Of a stretch of DNA of 64,000 bases, positions 42,202 through 54,600 are shown one piece after another. The notes beneath the pieces were generated by a model that was given only the letters and a program-made list of their open reading frames with translations, ran no database searches and was not told the DNA's origin. The position numbers and the translations under genes are program-made. The DNA lies in assembly GCA_964016885.1 (NCBI GenBank), contig OZ024758.1, forward strand, positions 39,990,001-40,054,000. The letters are read 5' to 3'. This DNA is from Eledone cirrhosa (taxonomy: Eukaryota). Position 1 is the first letter of the stretch. Each line of letters begins with the position of its first letter.

Positions 42202-42530
42202 ATAATATATGATCAAAAGATGGTTAAAAGAGTTCCATGTATTTTATTATGCGCATTTCAAAAACAAATATCATCATGCAATAACATTTGCGTTTTCGTC
42301 AGATAAAATAGGGAAATATTATAAAATAAGGAGACTATTTTATCTGACGAAAATGCAAATGTTATTGCATGATGATATTTGTTTTTGAAATGCGCATAAT
42401 AAAATACATGGAACTCTTTTAACCATATTTTGATCTTATATTATTTATACTCCAGTCCTACAAACTGTAGAGTGCTACTTATCCGATATCTGCGTTGCTT
42501 TATTGTACTACAATAAACTCACCTCGTACA
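42202..42530. mobile_element. Fold-back element (family X): 110-bp inverted arms 42202-42311 and 42335-42444, right arm extending to 42530
   Basis: About 3 mismatches in 110 bp, 23-bp spacer; ends CTCACCTCGTACA followed by a TA-rich run. Confidence 0.85.
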
Positions 42531-42643
42531 TTATATATATATATATATATATAAATAAATATCTTTAAGTCGTTTGGAAGCCTCGACAATGCAAATGGGT
42601 AAATCTCCGGGTAACAAGATCCGGTGGTGGAGAGAGAGATGTA

Positions 42644-45600
42644 AGCTTAGCTTAGGATAGCTTAGCTTAGCTTAGCTTAGGATAGCTTAGCTTAGCTTAG
42701 GATAGCTTAGCTTTGCTTAGGATAGCTTAGCTTAGCTTAGCTTAGGATAGCTTAGCTTAGCTTAGCTTAGGATAGCTTAGCTTAGCTTAGCTTAGGATAG
42801 CTTAGCTTAGCTTAGCTTAGGATAGCTTAGCTTAGCTTAGGATAGCTTAGCTTAGCTTAGCTTAGGATAGCTTAGCTTAGCTTAGCTTAGGATAGCTTAG
42901 CTTAGCTTAGCTTAGGATAGCTTAGCTTAGGTTAGCTTAGGATAGCTTAGCTTAGCTTAGCTTAGGATAGCTTAGCTTAGCTTAGGATAGCTTAGCTTAG
43001 CTTAGCTTAGGATAGCTTAGCTTAGCTTAGCTTAGGATAGCTTAGCTTAGCTTAGGATAGCTTAGCTTAGCTTAGCTTAGGATAGCTTAGCTTAGCTTAG
43101 CTTAGGATAGCTTAGCTTAGCTTAGCTTAGGATAGCTTAGCTTAGCTTAGCTTAGGATAGCTTAGCTTAGCTTAGCTTAGGATAGCTTAGCTTAGCTTAG
43201 CTTAGGATTACTTAGCTTAGCTTAGCTTAGCTTAGGATAGCTTAGCTTAGGATAGCTTAGCTTAGCTTAGCTTAGGATAGCTTAGCTTAGCTTAGCTTAG
43301 GATAGCTTAGCTTAGCTTAGCTTAGCTTAGCTTAGCTTAGGATAGCTTAGCTTAGCTTAGGATAGCTTAGCTTAGCTTAGCTTAGGATAGCTTAGCTTAG
43401 CTTAGCTTAGCTTAGGACAGCTTAGCTTAGCTTAGCTTAGGATATCTTAGCTTAGCTTAGCTTAGGATAGCTTAGCTTAGCTTAGCTTAGGATAGCTTAG
43501 CTTAGCTTAGCTTAGGATAGCTTAGCTTAGCTTAGCTTAGGATAGCTTAGGATAGCTTAGCTTAGGATAGCTTAGGATAGCTTAGCTTAGGAGAGCTTAG
43601 CTTAGGATAGCTTAGCTTAGCTTAGCTTAGGATAGCTTAGCTTGGGATAGCTTAGGATAGCTTAGCTTAGGAAAGCTTAGCTTAGGATAGCTTAGCTTAG
43701 GATAGCTTAGCTTAGCTTAGCTTAGGATAGCTTAGCTTAGCTTAGCTTAGGATAGCTTAGCTTAGCTTAGGATAGCTTAGCTTAGCTTAGCTTAGGATAG
43801 CTTAGCTTAGCTTAGCTTAGGATAGCTTAGCTTAGCTTAGCTTAGGATAGCTTAGCTTAGCTTAGCTTAGGATAGCTTAGCTTAGCTTAGCTTAGGATAG
43901 CTTAGCTTAGCTTAGGATAGCTTAGCTTAGGATAGCTTAGCTTAGGATAGCTTAGCTTAGGATAGCTTAGCTTAGGATAGCTTAGGATAGCTTAGCTTAG
44001 GATAGCTTAGGATAGCTTAGCTTAGGATAGCTTAGCTTAGCTTAGCTTAGGATAGCTTAGCTTAGCTTAGGATAGCTTAGCTTAGCTTAGCTTAGGATAG
44101 CTTAGCTTAGGATAGCTTAGGATAGCTTAGCTTAGCTTAGCTTAGGATAGCTTAGCATAGCTTAGGATAGCTTAGCTTAGCTTAGGATAGCTTAGCTTAG
44201 CTTAGCTTAGGATAGCTTAGCTTAGCTTAGCTTAGCTTAGGATAGCTTAGCTTAGCTTAGCTTAGGATAGCTTAGGATAGCTTAGCCTAGCTTAGCTTAG
44301 GATAGCTTAGCTTAGCTTAGCTTAGGATAGCTTAGCTTAGCTTAGGATAGCTTAGCTTAGCTTAGCTTAGGATAGCTTAGCTTAGGATAGCTTAGCTTAG
44401 CTTAGTTTAGGATAGCTTAGCTTAGGATAGCTTAGCTTAGCTTAGGATAGCTTAGCTTAGCTTAGCTTAGGATAGCTTAGCTTAGCTTAGCTTAGGATAG
44501 CTTAGCTTAGCTTAGCTTAGGATAGCTTAGCTTAGCTTAGCTTAGGATAGCTTAGCTTAGCTTGGCTTAGGATAGCTTAGCTTAGCTTAGCTTAGGATAG
44601 CTTAGCTTAGCTTAGCTTAGGATAGCTTAGCTTAGCTTAGGATAGCTTAGCTTAATTTAGGATAGCTTAGCTTAGCTTGGCTTAGGATAGCTTAGCTTAG
44701 CTTAGCTTAGGATAGCTTAGCTTAGGATAGCTTAGGATAGCTTAGCTTAGCATAGCTTAGGATAGCTTAGCTTAGGATAGCTTAGGATAGCTTAGCTTAG
44801 GATAGCTTAGGATAGCTTAGCTTAGGATAGCTTAGGATAGCTTAGCTTAGGATAGCTTAGCTTAGGATAGCTTAGCTTAGGATAGCTTAGCTTAGCTTAG
44901 CTTAGGATAGCTTAGCTTAGCTTAGCTTAGGATAGCTTAGGATAGCTTAGCTTAGGATAGCTTAGGATAGCTTAGCTTAGGATAGCTTAGCTTAGGATAG
45001 CTTAGCTTAGGATAGCTTAGCTTAGGATAGCTTAGGATAGCTTAGCTTAGGATAGCTTAGGATAGCTTAGCTTAGCTTAGGATAGCTTAGCTTAGCTTAG
45101 CTTAGGATAGCTTAGCTTAGCTTAGCTTAGCTTAGGATAGCTTAGCTTAGCTTAGGATAGCTTAGGATAGCTTAGCTTAGGATAGCTTAGGATAGCTTAG
45201 CTTAGGATAGCTTAGGATAGCTTAGCTTAGGATAGCTTAGGATAGCTTAGCTTAGGATAGCTTAGCTTAGGATAGCTTAGCTTAGCTTAGCTTAGGAGAG
45301 CTTAGCTTAGGATAGCTTAGGATAGCTTAGCTTAGGATAGCTTAGCTTAGGATAGCTTAGTATAGCTTAGCTTAGCTTAGCTTAGGATAGCTTAGCTTAG
45401 CTTAGCTTAGGATAGCTTAGCTTAGCTTAGGATAGCTTAGCTTAGCTTACCTTAGGATAGCTTAGCTTAGCTTAGCTTAGGATAGCTTAGCTTAGCTTAG
45501 GATAGCTTAGCTTAGCTTAGCTTAGGATAGCTTAGCTTAGCTTAGCTTAGGATTACTTAGCTTAGCTTAGCTTAGCTTAGGATAGCTTAGCTTAGGATAG

Positions 45601-48600
45601 CTTAGCTTAGCTTAGCTTAGGATAGCTTAGCTTAGCTTAGCTTAGCTTAGGATAGCTAAGCTTAGCTTAGGATAGCTTAGCTTAGCTTAGCTTAGGATAG
45701 CTTAGCTTAGCTTAGCTTAGCTTAGGACAGCTTAGCTTAGCTTAGCTTAGGATAGCTTAGCTTAGCTTAGCTTAGGATAGCTTAGCTTAGCTTAGCTTAG
45801 TATAGCTTAGCTTAGCTTAGGATAGCATAGGATAGCTTAGCTTAGGATCGCTTAGGATAGCTTAGCTTAGGATAGCTTAGGATAGCTTAGCTTAGGATAG
45901 CTTAGCTTAGGATAGCTTCGCTTAGCTTAGCTTAGGATAGCTTAGCTTGGGATAGCTTAGGATAGCTTAGCTTAGGAAAGCTTAGCTTAGGATAGCTTAG
46001 CTTAGGATAATTTAGGATAGCTTAGCTTAGCTTAGCTTAGGATAGCTTAGCTTAGCTTAGCTTAGTTTAGCTTAGCTTAGCTTAGGATAGCTTAGCTTAG
46101 CTTAGCTTAGGATAGCTTAGCTTAGCTTAGCTTAGGATAGCTTAGCTTAGCTTAGCTTAGGATAGCTTAGCTTAGGATAGCTTAGGATAGCTTAGCTTAG
46201 CTTAGCTTAGGATAGCTTAGCATAGCTTAGGATAGCTTAGCTTAGCTTAGGATAGCTTAGCTTAGCTTAGGATAGCTTAGCTTAGCTTAGCTTAGGATAG
46301 CTTAGCTTAGCTTAGCTTAGGATAGCTTAGCTTAGCTTAGCTTAGGATAGCTTAGGATAGCTTAGCCTAGCTTAGCTTAGGATAGCTTAGCTTAGCTTAG
46401 CTTAGGATAGCTTAGCTTAGCTTAGCTTAGGATAGCTTAGCTTAGCTTAGCTTAGGATAGCTTAGCTTAGGATAGCTTAGCTTAGCTTAGTTTAGGATAG
46501 CTTAGCTTAGGATAGCTTAGCTTAGCTTAGGATAGCTTAGCTTAGCTTAGCTTAGGATAGCTTAGCTTAGCTTAGCTTAGGATAGCTTAGCTTAGCTTAG
46601 CTTAGGATAGCTTAGCTTAGCTTAGCTTAGGATAGCTTAGCTTAGCTTGGCTTAGGATAGCTTAGCTTAGCTTAGCTTAGGATAGCTTAGCTTAGCTTAG
46701 CTTAGCTTAGGATAGCTTAGCTTAGCTTAGGATAGCTTAGCTTAATTTAGGATAGCTTAGCTTAGCTTGGCTTAGGATAGCTTAGCTTAGCTTAGCTTAG
46801 GATAGCTTAGCTTAGGATAGCTTAGGATAGCTTAGCTTAGCATAGCTTAGGATAGCTTAGCTTAGGATAGCTTAGGATAGCTTAGCTTAGGATAGCTTAG
46901 GATAGCTTAGCTTAGGATAGCTTAGGATAGCTTAGCTTAGGATAGCTTAGCTTAGGATAGCTTAGCTTAGCTTAGCTTAGGATAGCTTAGCTTAGCTTAG
47001 CTTAGGATAGCTTAGGATAGCTTAGCTTAGGATAGCTTAGGATAGCTTAGCTTAGGATAGCTTAGCTTAGGATAGCTTAGCTTAGGATAGCTTAGCTTAG
47101 GATAGCTTAGCTTAGGATAGCTTAGGATAGCTTAGCTTAGGATAGCTTAGCTTAGGATAGCTTAGGATAGCTTAGCTTAGCTTAGGATAGCTTAGCTTAG
47201 CTTAGCTTAGGATAGCTTAGCTTAGCTTAGCTTAGCTTAGGATAGCTTAGGATAGCTTAGCTTAGGATAGCTTAGGATAGCTTAGCTTAGGATAGCTTAG
47301 GATAGCTTAGCTTAGGATAGCTTAGGATAGCTTAGCTTAGGATAGCTTAGCTTAGGATAGCTTAGCTTAGCTTAGCTTAGGAGAGCTTAGCTTAGGATAG
47401 CTTAGGATAGCTTAGCTTAGGATAGCTTAGCTTAGGATAGCTTAGGATAGCTTAGCTTAGCTTAGCTTAGGATAGCTTAGCTTAGCTTAGCTTAGGATAG
47501 CTTAGCTTAGCTTAGGATAGCTTAGCTTAGCTTACCTTAGGATAGCTTAGCTTAGCTTAGCTTAGGATAGCTTAGCTTAGCTTAGCTTAGCTTAGGATAA
47601 CTTAGCTTAGCTTAGGATAGCTTAGCTTAGCTTAGCTTAGGATAGCTTAGCTTAGCTTAGCTTAGGATTACTTAGCTTAGCTTAGCTTAGCTTAGGATAG
47701 CTTAGCTTAGGATAGCTTAGCTTAACTTAGCTTAGGATAGCTTAGCTTAGCTTAGCTTAGCTTAGGATAGCTAAGCTTAGCTTAGGATAGCTTAGCTTAG
47801 CTTAGCTTAGGATAGCTTAGCTTAGCTTAGCTTAGTACAGCTTAGCTTAGCTTAGCTTAGGATAGCTTAGCTTAGCTTAGCTTAGGATAGCTTAGCTTAG
47901 CTTAGCTTAGTATAGCTTAGCTTAGCTTAGGATAGCTTAGGATAGCTTAGCTTAGGATAGCTTAGCTTAGGATAGCTTAGGATAGCTTAGCTTAGGATAG
48001 CTTAGCTTAGGATAGCTTAGCTTAGCTTAGCTTAGGATAGCTTAGCTTGGGATATCTTAGGATAGCTTAGCTTAGGAAAGCTTAGCTTAGGATAGCTTAG
48101 CTTAGGATAGCTTAGGATAGCTTAGCTTAGCTTAGCTTAGGATAGCTTAGCTTAGCTTAGCTTAGGATAGCTTAGCTTAGCTTAGGATAGCTTAGCTTAG
48201 CTTAGCTTAGGATAGCTTAGCTTAGCTTAGCTTAGGATAGCTTAGCTTAGCTTAGCTTAGGATAGCTTAGCTTAGCTTAGCTTAGGATAGCTTAGCTTAG
48301 CTTAGGATAGCTTAGCTTAGGATAGCTTAGCTTAGGATAGCTTAGCTTAGGATAGCTTAGCTTAGGATAGCTTAGGATAGCTTAGCTTAGGATAGCTTAG
48401 GATAGCTTAGCTTAGGATAGCTTAGCTTAGCTTAGCTTAGGATAGCTTAGCTTAGCTTAGGTAGCTTAGCTTAGCTTAGCTTAGGATAGCTTAGCTTAGG
48501 ATAGCTTAGGATAGCTTAGCTTAGCTTAGCTTAGGATAGCATAGCATAGCTTAGGATAGCTTAGCTTAGCTTAGGATAGCTTAGCTTAGCTTAGGATAGC

Positions 48601-51600
48601 TTAGCTTAGCTTAGCTTAGGATAGCTTAGCTTAGCTTAGCTTAGGATAGCTTAGCTTAGCTTAGCTTAGGATAGCTTAGGATAGCTTAGCTTAGCTTAGG
48701 ATAGCTTAGCTTAGCTTAGCTTAGGATAGCTTAGCTTAGCTTAGCTTAGGATAGCTTAGCTTAGCTTAGCTTAGGATAGCTTAGCTTAGCTTAGCTTAGG
48801 ATAGCTTAGCTTAGCTTAGTTTAGGATAGCTTAGCTTAGGTTAGCTTAGCTTAGCTTAGGATAGCTTAGCTTAGCTTAGCTTAGGATAGCTCAGCTTAGC
48901 TTAGCTTAGGATAGCTTAGCTTAGCTTGGCTTAGGATAGCTTAGCTTAGCTTAGCTTAGGATAGCTTAGCTTAGCTTAGGATAGCTTAGCTTAGCTTAGC
49001 TTAGGATAGCTTAGCTTAGCTTAGCTTAGGATAGCTTAGCTTAATTTAGGATAGCTTAGTTTAGCTTGGCTTAGGATAGCTTAGCTTAGCTTAGCTTAGG
49101 ATAGCTTAGCTTAGGATAGCTTAGGATAGCTTAGCTTAGCATAGCTTAGGATAGCTTAGCTTAGGAAAGCTTAGCTTAGGATAGCTAAGGATAGCTTAGC
49201 TTAGGATAGCTTAGGATAGCTTAGCTTAGGATAGCTTAGCTTAGGATAGCTTAGCTTAGCTTAGATTAGGATAGCTTAGCTTAGCTTAGCTTAGGATAGC
49301 TTAGGATAGCTTAGCTTAGGATAGCTTAGGATAGCTTAGCTTAGGATAGCTTAGCTTAGGATAGCTTAGCTTAGGATAGCTTAGGATAGCTTAGCTTAGG
49401 ATAGCTTAGCTTAGGATAGCTTAGGATAGCTTAGCTTAGCTTAGGATAGCTTAGCTTAGCTTAGCTTAGGATAGCTTAGCTTAGCTTAGCTTAGCTTAGG
49501 ATAGCTTAGCTTAGCTTAGCTTAGGATAGCTTAGGATAGCTTAGCTTAGGATAGCTTAGCTTAGCTTAGCTTAGGATAGCTTAGGATAGCTTAGCTTAGG
49601 ATAGCTTAGGATAGCTTAGCTTAGGATATCTTAGCTTAGGATAGCTTAGCTTAGCTTAGCTTAGGAGAGCTTAGCTTAGGATAGCTTAGGATAGCTTAGC
49701 TTAGGATAGCTTAGCTTAGGATAGCTTAGGATAGCTTAGCTTAGCTTAGCTTAGGATAGCTTAGCTTAGCTTAGCTTAGGATAGCTTAGCTTAGCTTAGG
49801 ATAGCTTAGCTTAGCTTACCTTAGGATAGCTTAGCTTAGCTTAGCTTAGGATAGCTTAGCTTAGCTTAGCTTAGGATAGCTTAGCTTAGCTTAGGATAGC
49901 TTAGCTTAGCTTAGCTTAGGATAGCTTAGCTTAGCTTAGCTTAGGATAGCTTAGCTTAGCTTAGCTTAGGATAGCTTAGCTTAGGATAGCTTAGCTTAGG
50001 ATAGCTTAGGATAGCTTAGCTTAGCTTAGCTTAGCTTAGGATAGCTTAGCTTAGCTTAGCTTAGGATAGCTTAGCTTAGCTTAGGATAGCTTAGCTTAGC
50101 TTAGCTTAGGATAGCTTAGGATAGCTTAGGATAGCTTAGCTTAGGATAGCTTAGCTTAGCTTAGCTTAGGATAGCTTAGCTTAGCTTAGCTTAGGATAGC
50201 TTAGCTTAGCTTAGGATAGCTTAGCTTAGCTTAGCTTAGGATAGCTTAGCTTAGCTTAGCTTAGGATAGCTTAGCTTAGCTTAGCTTAGGAGAGCTTAGC
50301 TTAGCTTAGCTTAGGATAGCTTAGCTTAGCTTAGCTTAGGATAGCTTAGCTTAGCTTAGCTTAGCTTAGGATAGCTTAGCTTAGCTTAGCTTAGGATAGC
50401 TTAGCTTAGCTTAGGATAGCTTAGCTTAGCTTAGCTTAGGAGAGCTTAGCTTAGCTTAGCTTAGGAGAGCTTAGCTTAGCTTAGCTTAGGATAGCTTAGC
50501 TTAGCTTAGCTTAGGATAGCTTAGCTTAGCTTAGCTTAGGATAGCTTAGCTTAGCTTAGCTTAGGATAGCTTAGGATAGCTTACCTTAGGAGAGCTTAGC
50601 TTAGGATAGCTTAGCTTAGGATAGCTTAGGATAACTTAGCTTAGGATAGCTTAGCTTAGGATAGCTTAGCTTAGGATAGCTTAGCTTAGGATAGCTTAGG
50701 ATAGCTTAGCTTAGCTTAGGATAGCTTAGCTTAGCTTTGCTTAGGATAGCTTAGCTTAGCTTAGCTTAGGATAGCTTAGGATAGCTTAGCTTAGGATAGC
50801 TTAGGATAGCTTAGCTTAGGATAGCTTAGCTTAGGATAGCTTAGGATAGCTTAGCTTTGGATAGCTTAGCTTAGCTTAGCTTAGCTTAGCTTAGGATAGC
50901 TTAGCTTAGCTTAGCTTTGGATAGCTTAGCTTAGCTTAGCTTAGCTTAGGATAGCTTAGCTTAGCTTAGGATAGCTTAGGATAGCTTAGCTTAGGATAGC
51001 TTAGGATAGCTTAGCTTAGGATAGCTTAGCTTAAGATAGCTTAGGATAGCTTAGCTTAGGATAGCTTAGCTTAGGATAGCTTAGCTTAGCTTAGCTTAGG
51101 ATAGCTTAGCTTGGGATAGCTCAGGATAGCTTAGCTTAGGATAGCTTAGCTTAGGATAGCTTAGGATAGCTTAGCTTAGCTTAGCTTAGGATAGCTTACC
51201 TTAGCTTAGGATAGCTTAGCTTAGCTTAGCTTAGGATAGATTAGCTTAGCTTAGCTTAGGATAGCTTAGCTTAGCTTAGGATAGCTTAGCTTAGCTTAGC
51301 TTAGGATAGCTTAGCTTAGGATAGCTTAGCTTAGGATAGCTTAGCTTAGGATAGCTTAGCTTAGGATAGCTTAGCTTAGGATAGCTTAGCTTAGGATAGC
51401 TTAGCTTAGCTTAGCTTAGGTTAGCTTAGCTTAGCTTAGCTTAGGATAGCTTAGCTTAGGATAGCTTAGGATAGCTTAGCTTAGCTTAGCTTAGGATAGC
51501 TTACCTTAGCTTAGGATAGCTTAGCTTAGCTTAGCTTAGGATAGATTAGCTTAGCTTAGCTTAGGATAGCTTAGCTTAGCTTAGGATAGCTTAGCTTAGC

Positions 51601-54600
51601 TTAGGATAGCTTAGCTTAGGATAGCTTAGCTTAGGATAGCTTAGCTTAGGATAGCTTAGCTTAGGATCGCTTAGCTTAGCTTAGCTTAGGTTAGCTTAGC
51701 TTAGCTTAGGATAGCTTAGCTTAGGATAGCTTAGGATAGCTTAGCTTAGCTTAGCTTAGGATAGCTTAGCTTAGCTTAGCTTAGGATAGCTTAGCTTAGC
51801 TTAGCTTAGGATAGCTTAGCTTAGCTTAGCTTAGGATAGCTTAGCTGAGCTTAGCTTAGGATAGCTTAGCTTAGCTTGGCTTAGGATAGCCTAGCTTAGC
51901 TTAGCTTAGGATGGCTTAGCTTAGCTTAGCTTAGGATAGCTTAGCTTAGCTTAGCTTAGCTTAGTTTAGGATAGCTTAGCTTAGCTTAGCTTAGGATAGC
52001 TTAGGATAGCTTAGCTTAGGATAGCTTAGGATAGCTTAACTTAGGATAGCTTAGGATAGCTTAGCTTAGGATAGCTTAGCTTAGGATAGCTTATGATAGC
52101 TTAGCTTAGGATAGCTTAGGATAGCTTAGGAAAGCTTAGCTTAGCTTAGCTTAGGATAGCTTAGCTTAGCTTAGGATAGCTTAGCTTAGCTTAGCTTAGC
52201 TTAGGATAGCTTAGCTTAGCTTAGCTTAGGATAGCTTAGGATAGCTTAGCTTAGGATAACTTAGGATAGCTTAGCTTAGGATAGCTTAGGATAGCTTAGC
52301 TTAGGATAGCTTAGCTTAGGATAGCTTAGCTTAGCTTAGGATAGCTTAGGATAGCTTAGCTTAGGATAGCTTAGCTTAGCTTAGCTTAGGATAGCTTAGC
52401 TTAGCTTAGCTTAGGATAGCTTAGCTTAGCTTAGCTTAGCTTAGGATAGCTTAGCTTAGCTTAGCTTAGGATAGCTTAGGATAGCTTAGCTTAGGATAGC
52501 TTAGCTTAGCTTAGCTTAGGATAGCTTAGCTTAGCTTAGCTTCGGATAGCTTAGCTTAGCTTAGCTTAGGATAGCTTAGCTTAGCTTAGCTTAGGATAGC
52601 TTAGCTTAGCTTAGGATAGCTTAGCTTAGCTTAGCTTAGGATAGCTTAGCTTAGCTTAGGATAGCTTAGCTTAGCTTAGCTTAGGATAGCTTAGCTTAGC
52701 TTAGCTTAGGATAGCTTAGCTTAGCTTAGGATAGCTTAGCTTAGCTTAGCTTAGGATAGCTTAGCTTAGCTTAGCTTAGGATAGCTTAGCTTAGCTTAGC
52801 TTAGGATAGCTTAGCTTAGCTTAGCTTAGGATAGCTTAGCTTAGCTTAGGATAGCTTAGCTTAGCTTAGCTTAGGATAGCTTAGCTTAGCTTAGCTTAGG
52901 ATAGCTTAGCTTAGCTTAGCTTAGGATAGCTTAGCTTAGCTTAGCTTAGGATAGCTTAGCTTAGCTTAGCTTAGGATTACTTAGCTTAGCTTAGCTTAGC
53001 TTAGGATAGCTTAGCTTAGGATAGCTTAGCTTAGCTTAGGATAGCTTAGCTTAGCTTAGGATAGCTTAGCTTAGCTTAGGATAGCTTAACTTAGCTTAGC
53101 TTAGCTTAGGATAGCTTAGCTTAGCTTAGCTTAGCTTAGGACAGCTTAGCTTAGCTTAGCTTAGGATAGCTTAGCTTAGCTTAGCTTAGGATAGCTTAGC
53201 TTAGCTTAGCTTAGGATAGCTTAGCTTAGCTTAGCTTAGGATAGCTTAACTTAGCTTAGCTTAGGATAGCTTAGGATAGCTTAGCTTAGGATAGCTTAGG
53301 ATAGCTTAGCTTAGGAGAGCTTAGCTTAGGATAGCTTAGCTTAGCTTAGCTTAGGATAGCTTAGCTTGGGATAGCTTAGGATAGCTTAGCTTAGGAAAGC
53401 TTAGCTTAGGATAGCTTAGCTTAGGATAGCTTAGCTTAGCTTAGCTTAGGATAGCTTAGCTTAGCTTAGCTTAGGATAGCTTAGCTTAGCTTAGGATAGC
53501 TTAGCTTAGCTTAGCTTAGGATAGCTTAGCTTAGCTTAGCTTAGGATAGCTTAGCTTAGCTTAGCTTAGGATAGCTTAGCTTAGCTTAGCTTAGGATAGC
53601 TTAGCTTAGCTTAGGATAGCTTAGCTTAGGATAGCTTAGCTTAGGATAGCTTAGCTTAGGATAGCTTAGCTTAGGATAGCTTAGGATAGCTTAGCTTAGG
53701 ATAGCTTAGGATAGCTTAGCTTAGGATAGCTTAGCTTAGCTTAGCTTAGGATATCTTAGCTTAGCTTAGGATAGCTTAGCTTAGCTTAGCTTAGGATAGC
53801 TTAGCTTAGGATAGCTTAGGATAGCTTAGCTTAGCTTAGCTTAGGATAGCTTAGCATAGCTTAGGATAGCTTAGCTTAGCTTAGGATAGCTTAGCTTAGC
53901 TTAGGATAGCTTAGCTTAGCTTAGCTTAGGATAGCTTAGCTTAGCTTAGGATAGCTTAGCTTAGCTTAGCTTAGGATAGCTTAGCTTAGCTTAGCTTAGG
54001 ATAGCTTAGCTTAGCTTAGGAGAGCTTAGCTTAGCTTAGCTTAGGATAGCTTAGCTTAGCTTAGCTTAGGATAGCTTAGCTTAGCTTAGCTTAGGATAGC
54101 TTAGCTTAGCTTAGCTTAGGATAGCTTAGCTTAGCTTAGGATAGCTTAGCTTAGCTTAGCTTAGGAGAGCTTAGCTTAGCTTAGCTTAGGAGAGCTTAGC
54201 TTAGCTTAGCTTAGGATAGCTTAGCTTAGCTTAGCTTAGGATAGCTTAGCTTAGCTTAGCTTAGGATAGCTTAGCTTAGCTTAGCTTAGGATAGCTTAGG
54301 ATAGCTTACCTTAGGAGAGCTTAGCTTAGGATAGCTTAGCTTAGGATAGCTTAGGATAACTTAGCTTAGGATAGCTTAGCTTAGGATAGCTTAGCTTAGG
54401 ATAGCTTAGCTTAGGATAGCTTAGGATAGCTTAGCTTAGCTTAGGATAGCTTAGCTTAGCTTTGCTTAGGATAGCTTAGCTTAGCTTAGCTTAGGATAGC
54501 TTAGGATAGCTTAGCTTAGGATAGCTTAGGATAGCTTAGCTTAGGATAGCTTAGCTTAGGATAGCTTAGGATAGCTTAGCTTAGCTTAGCTTAGGATAGC

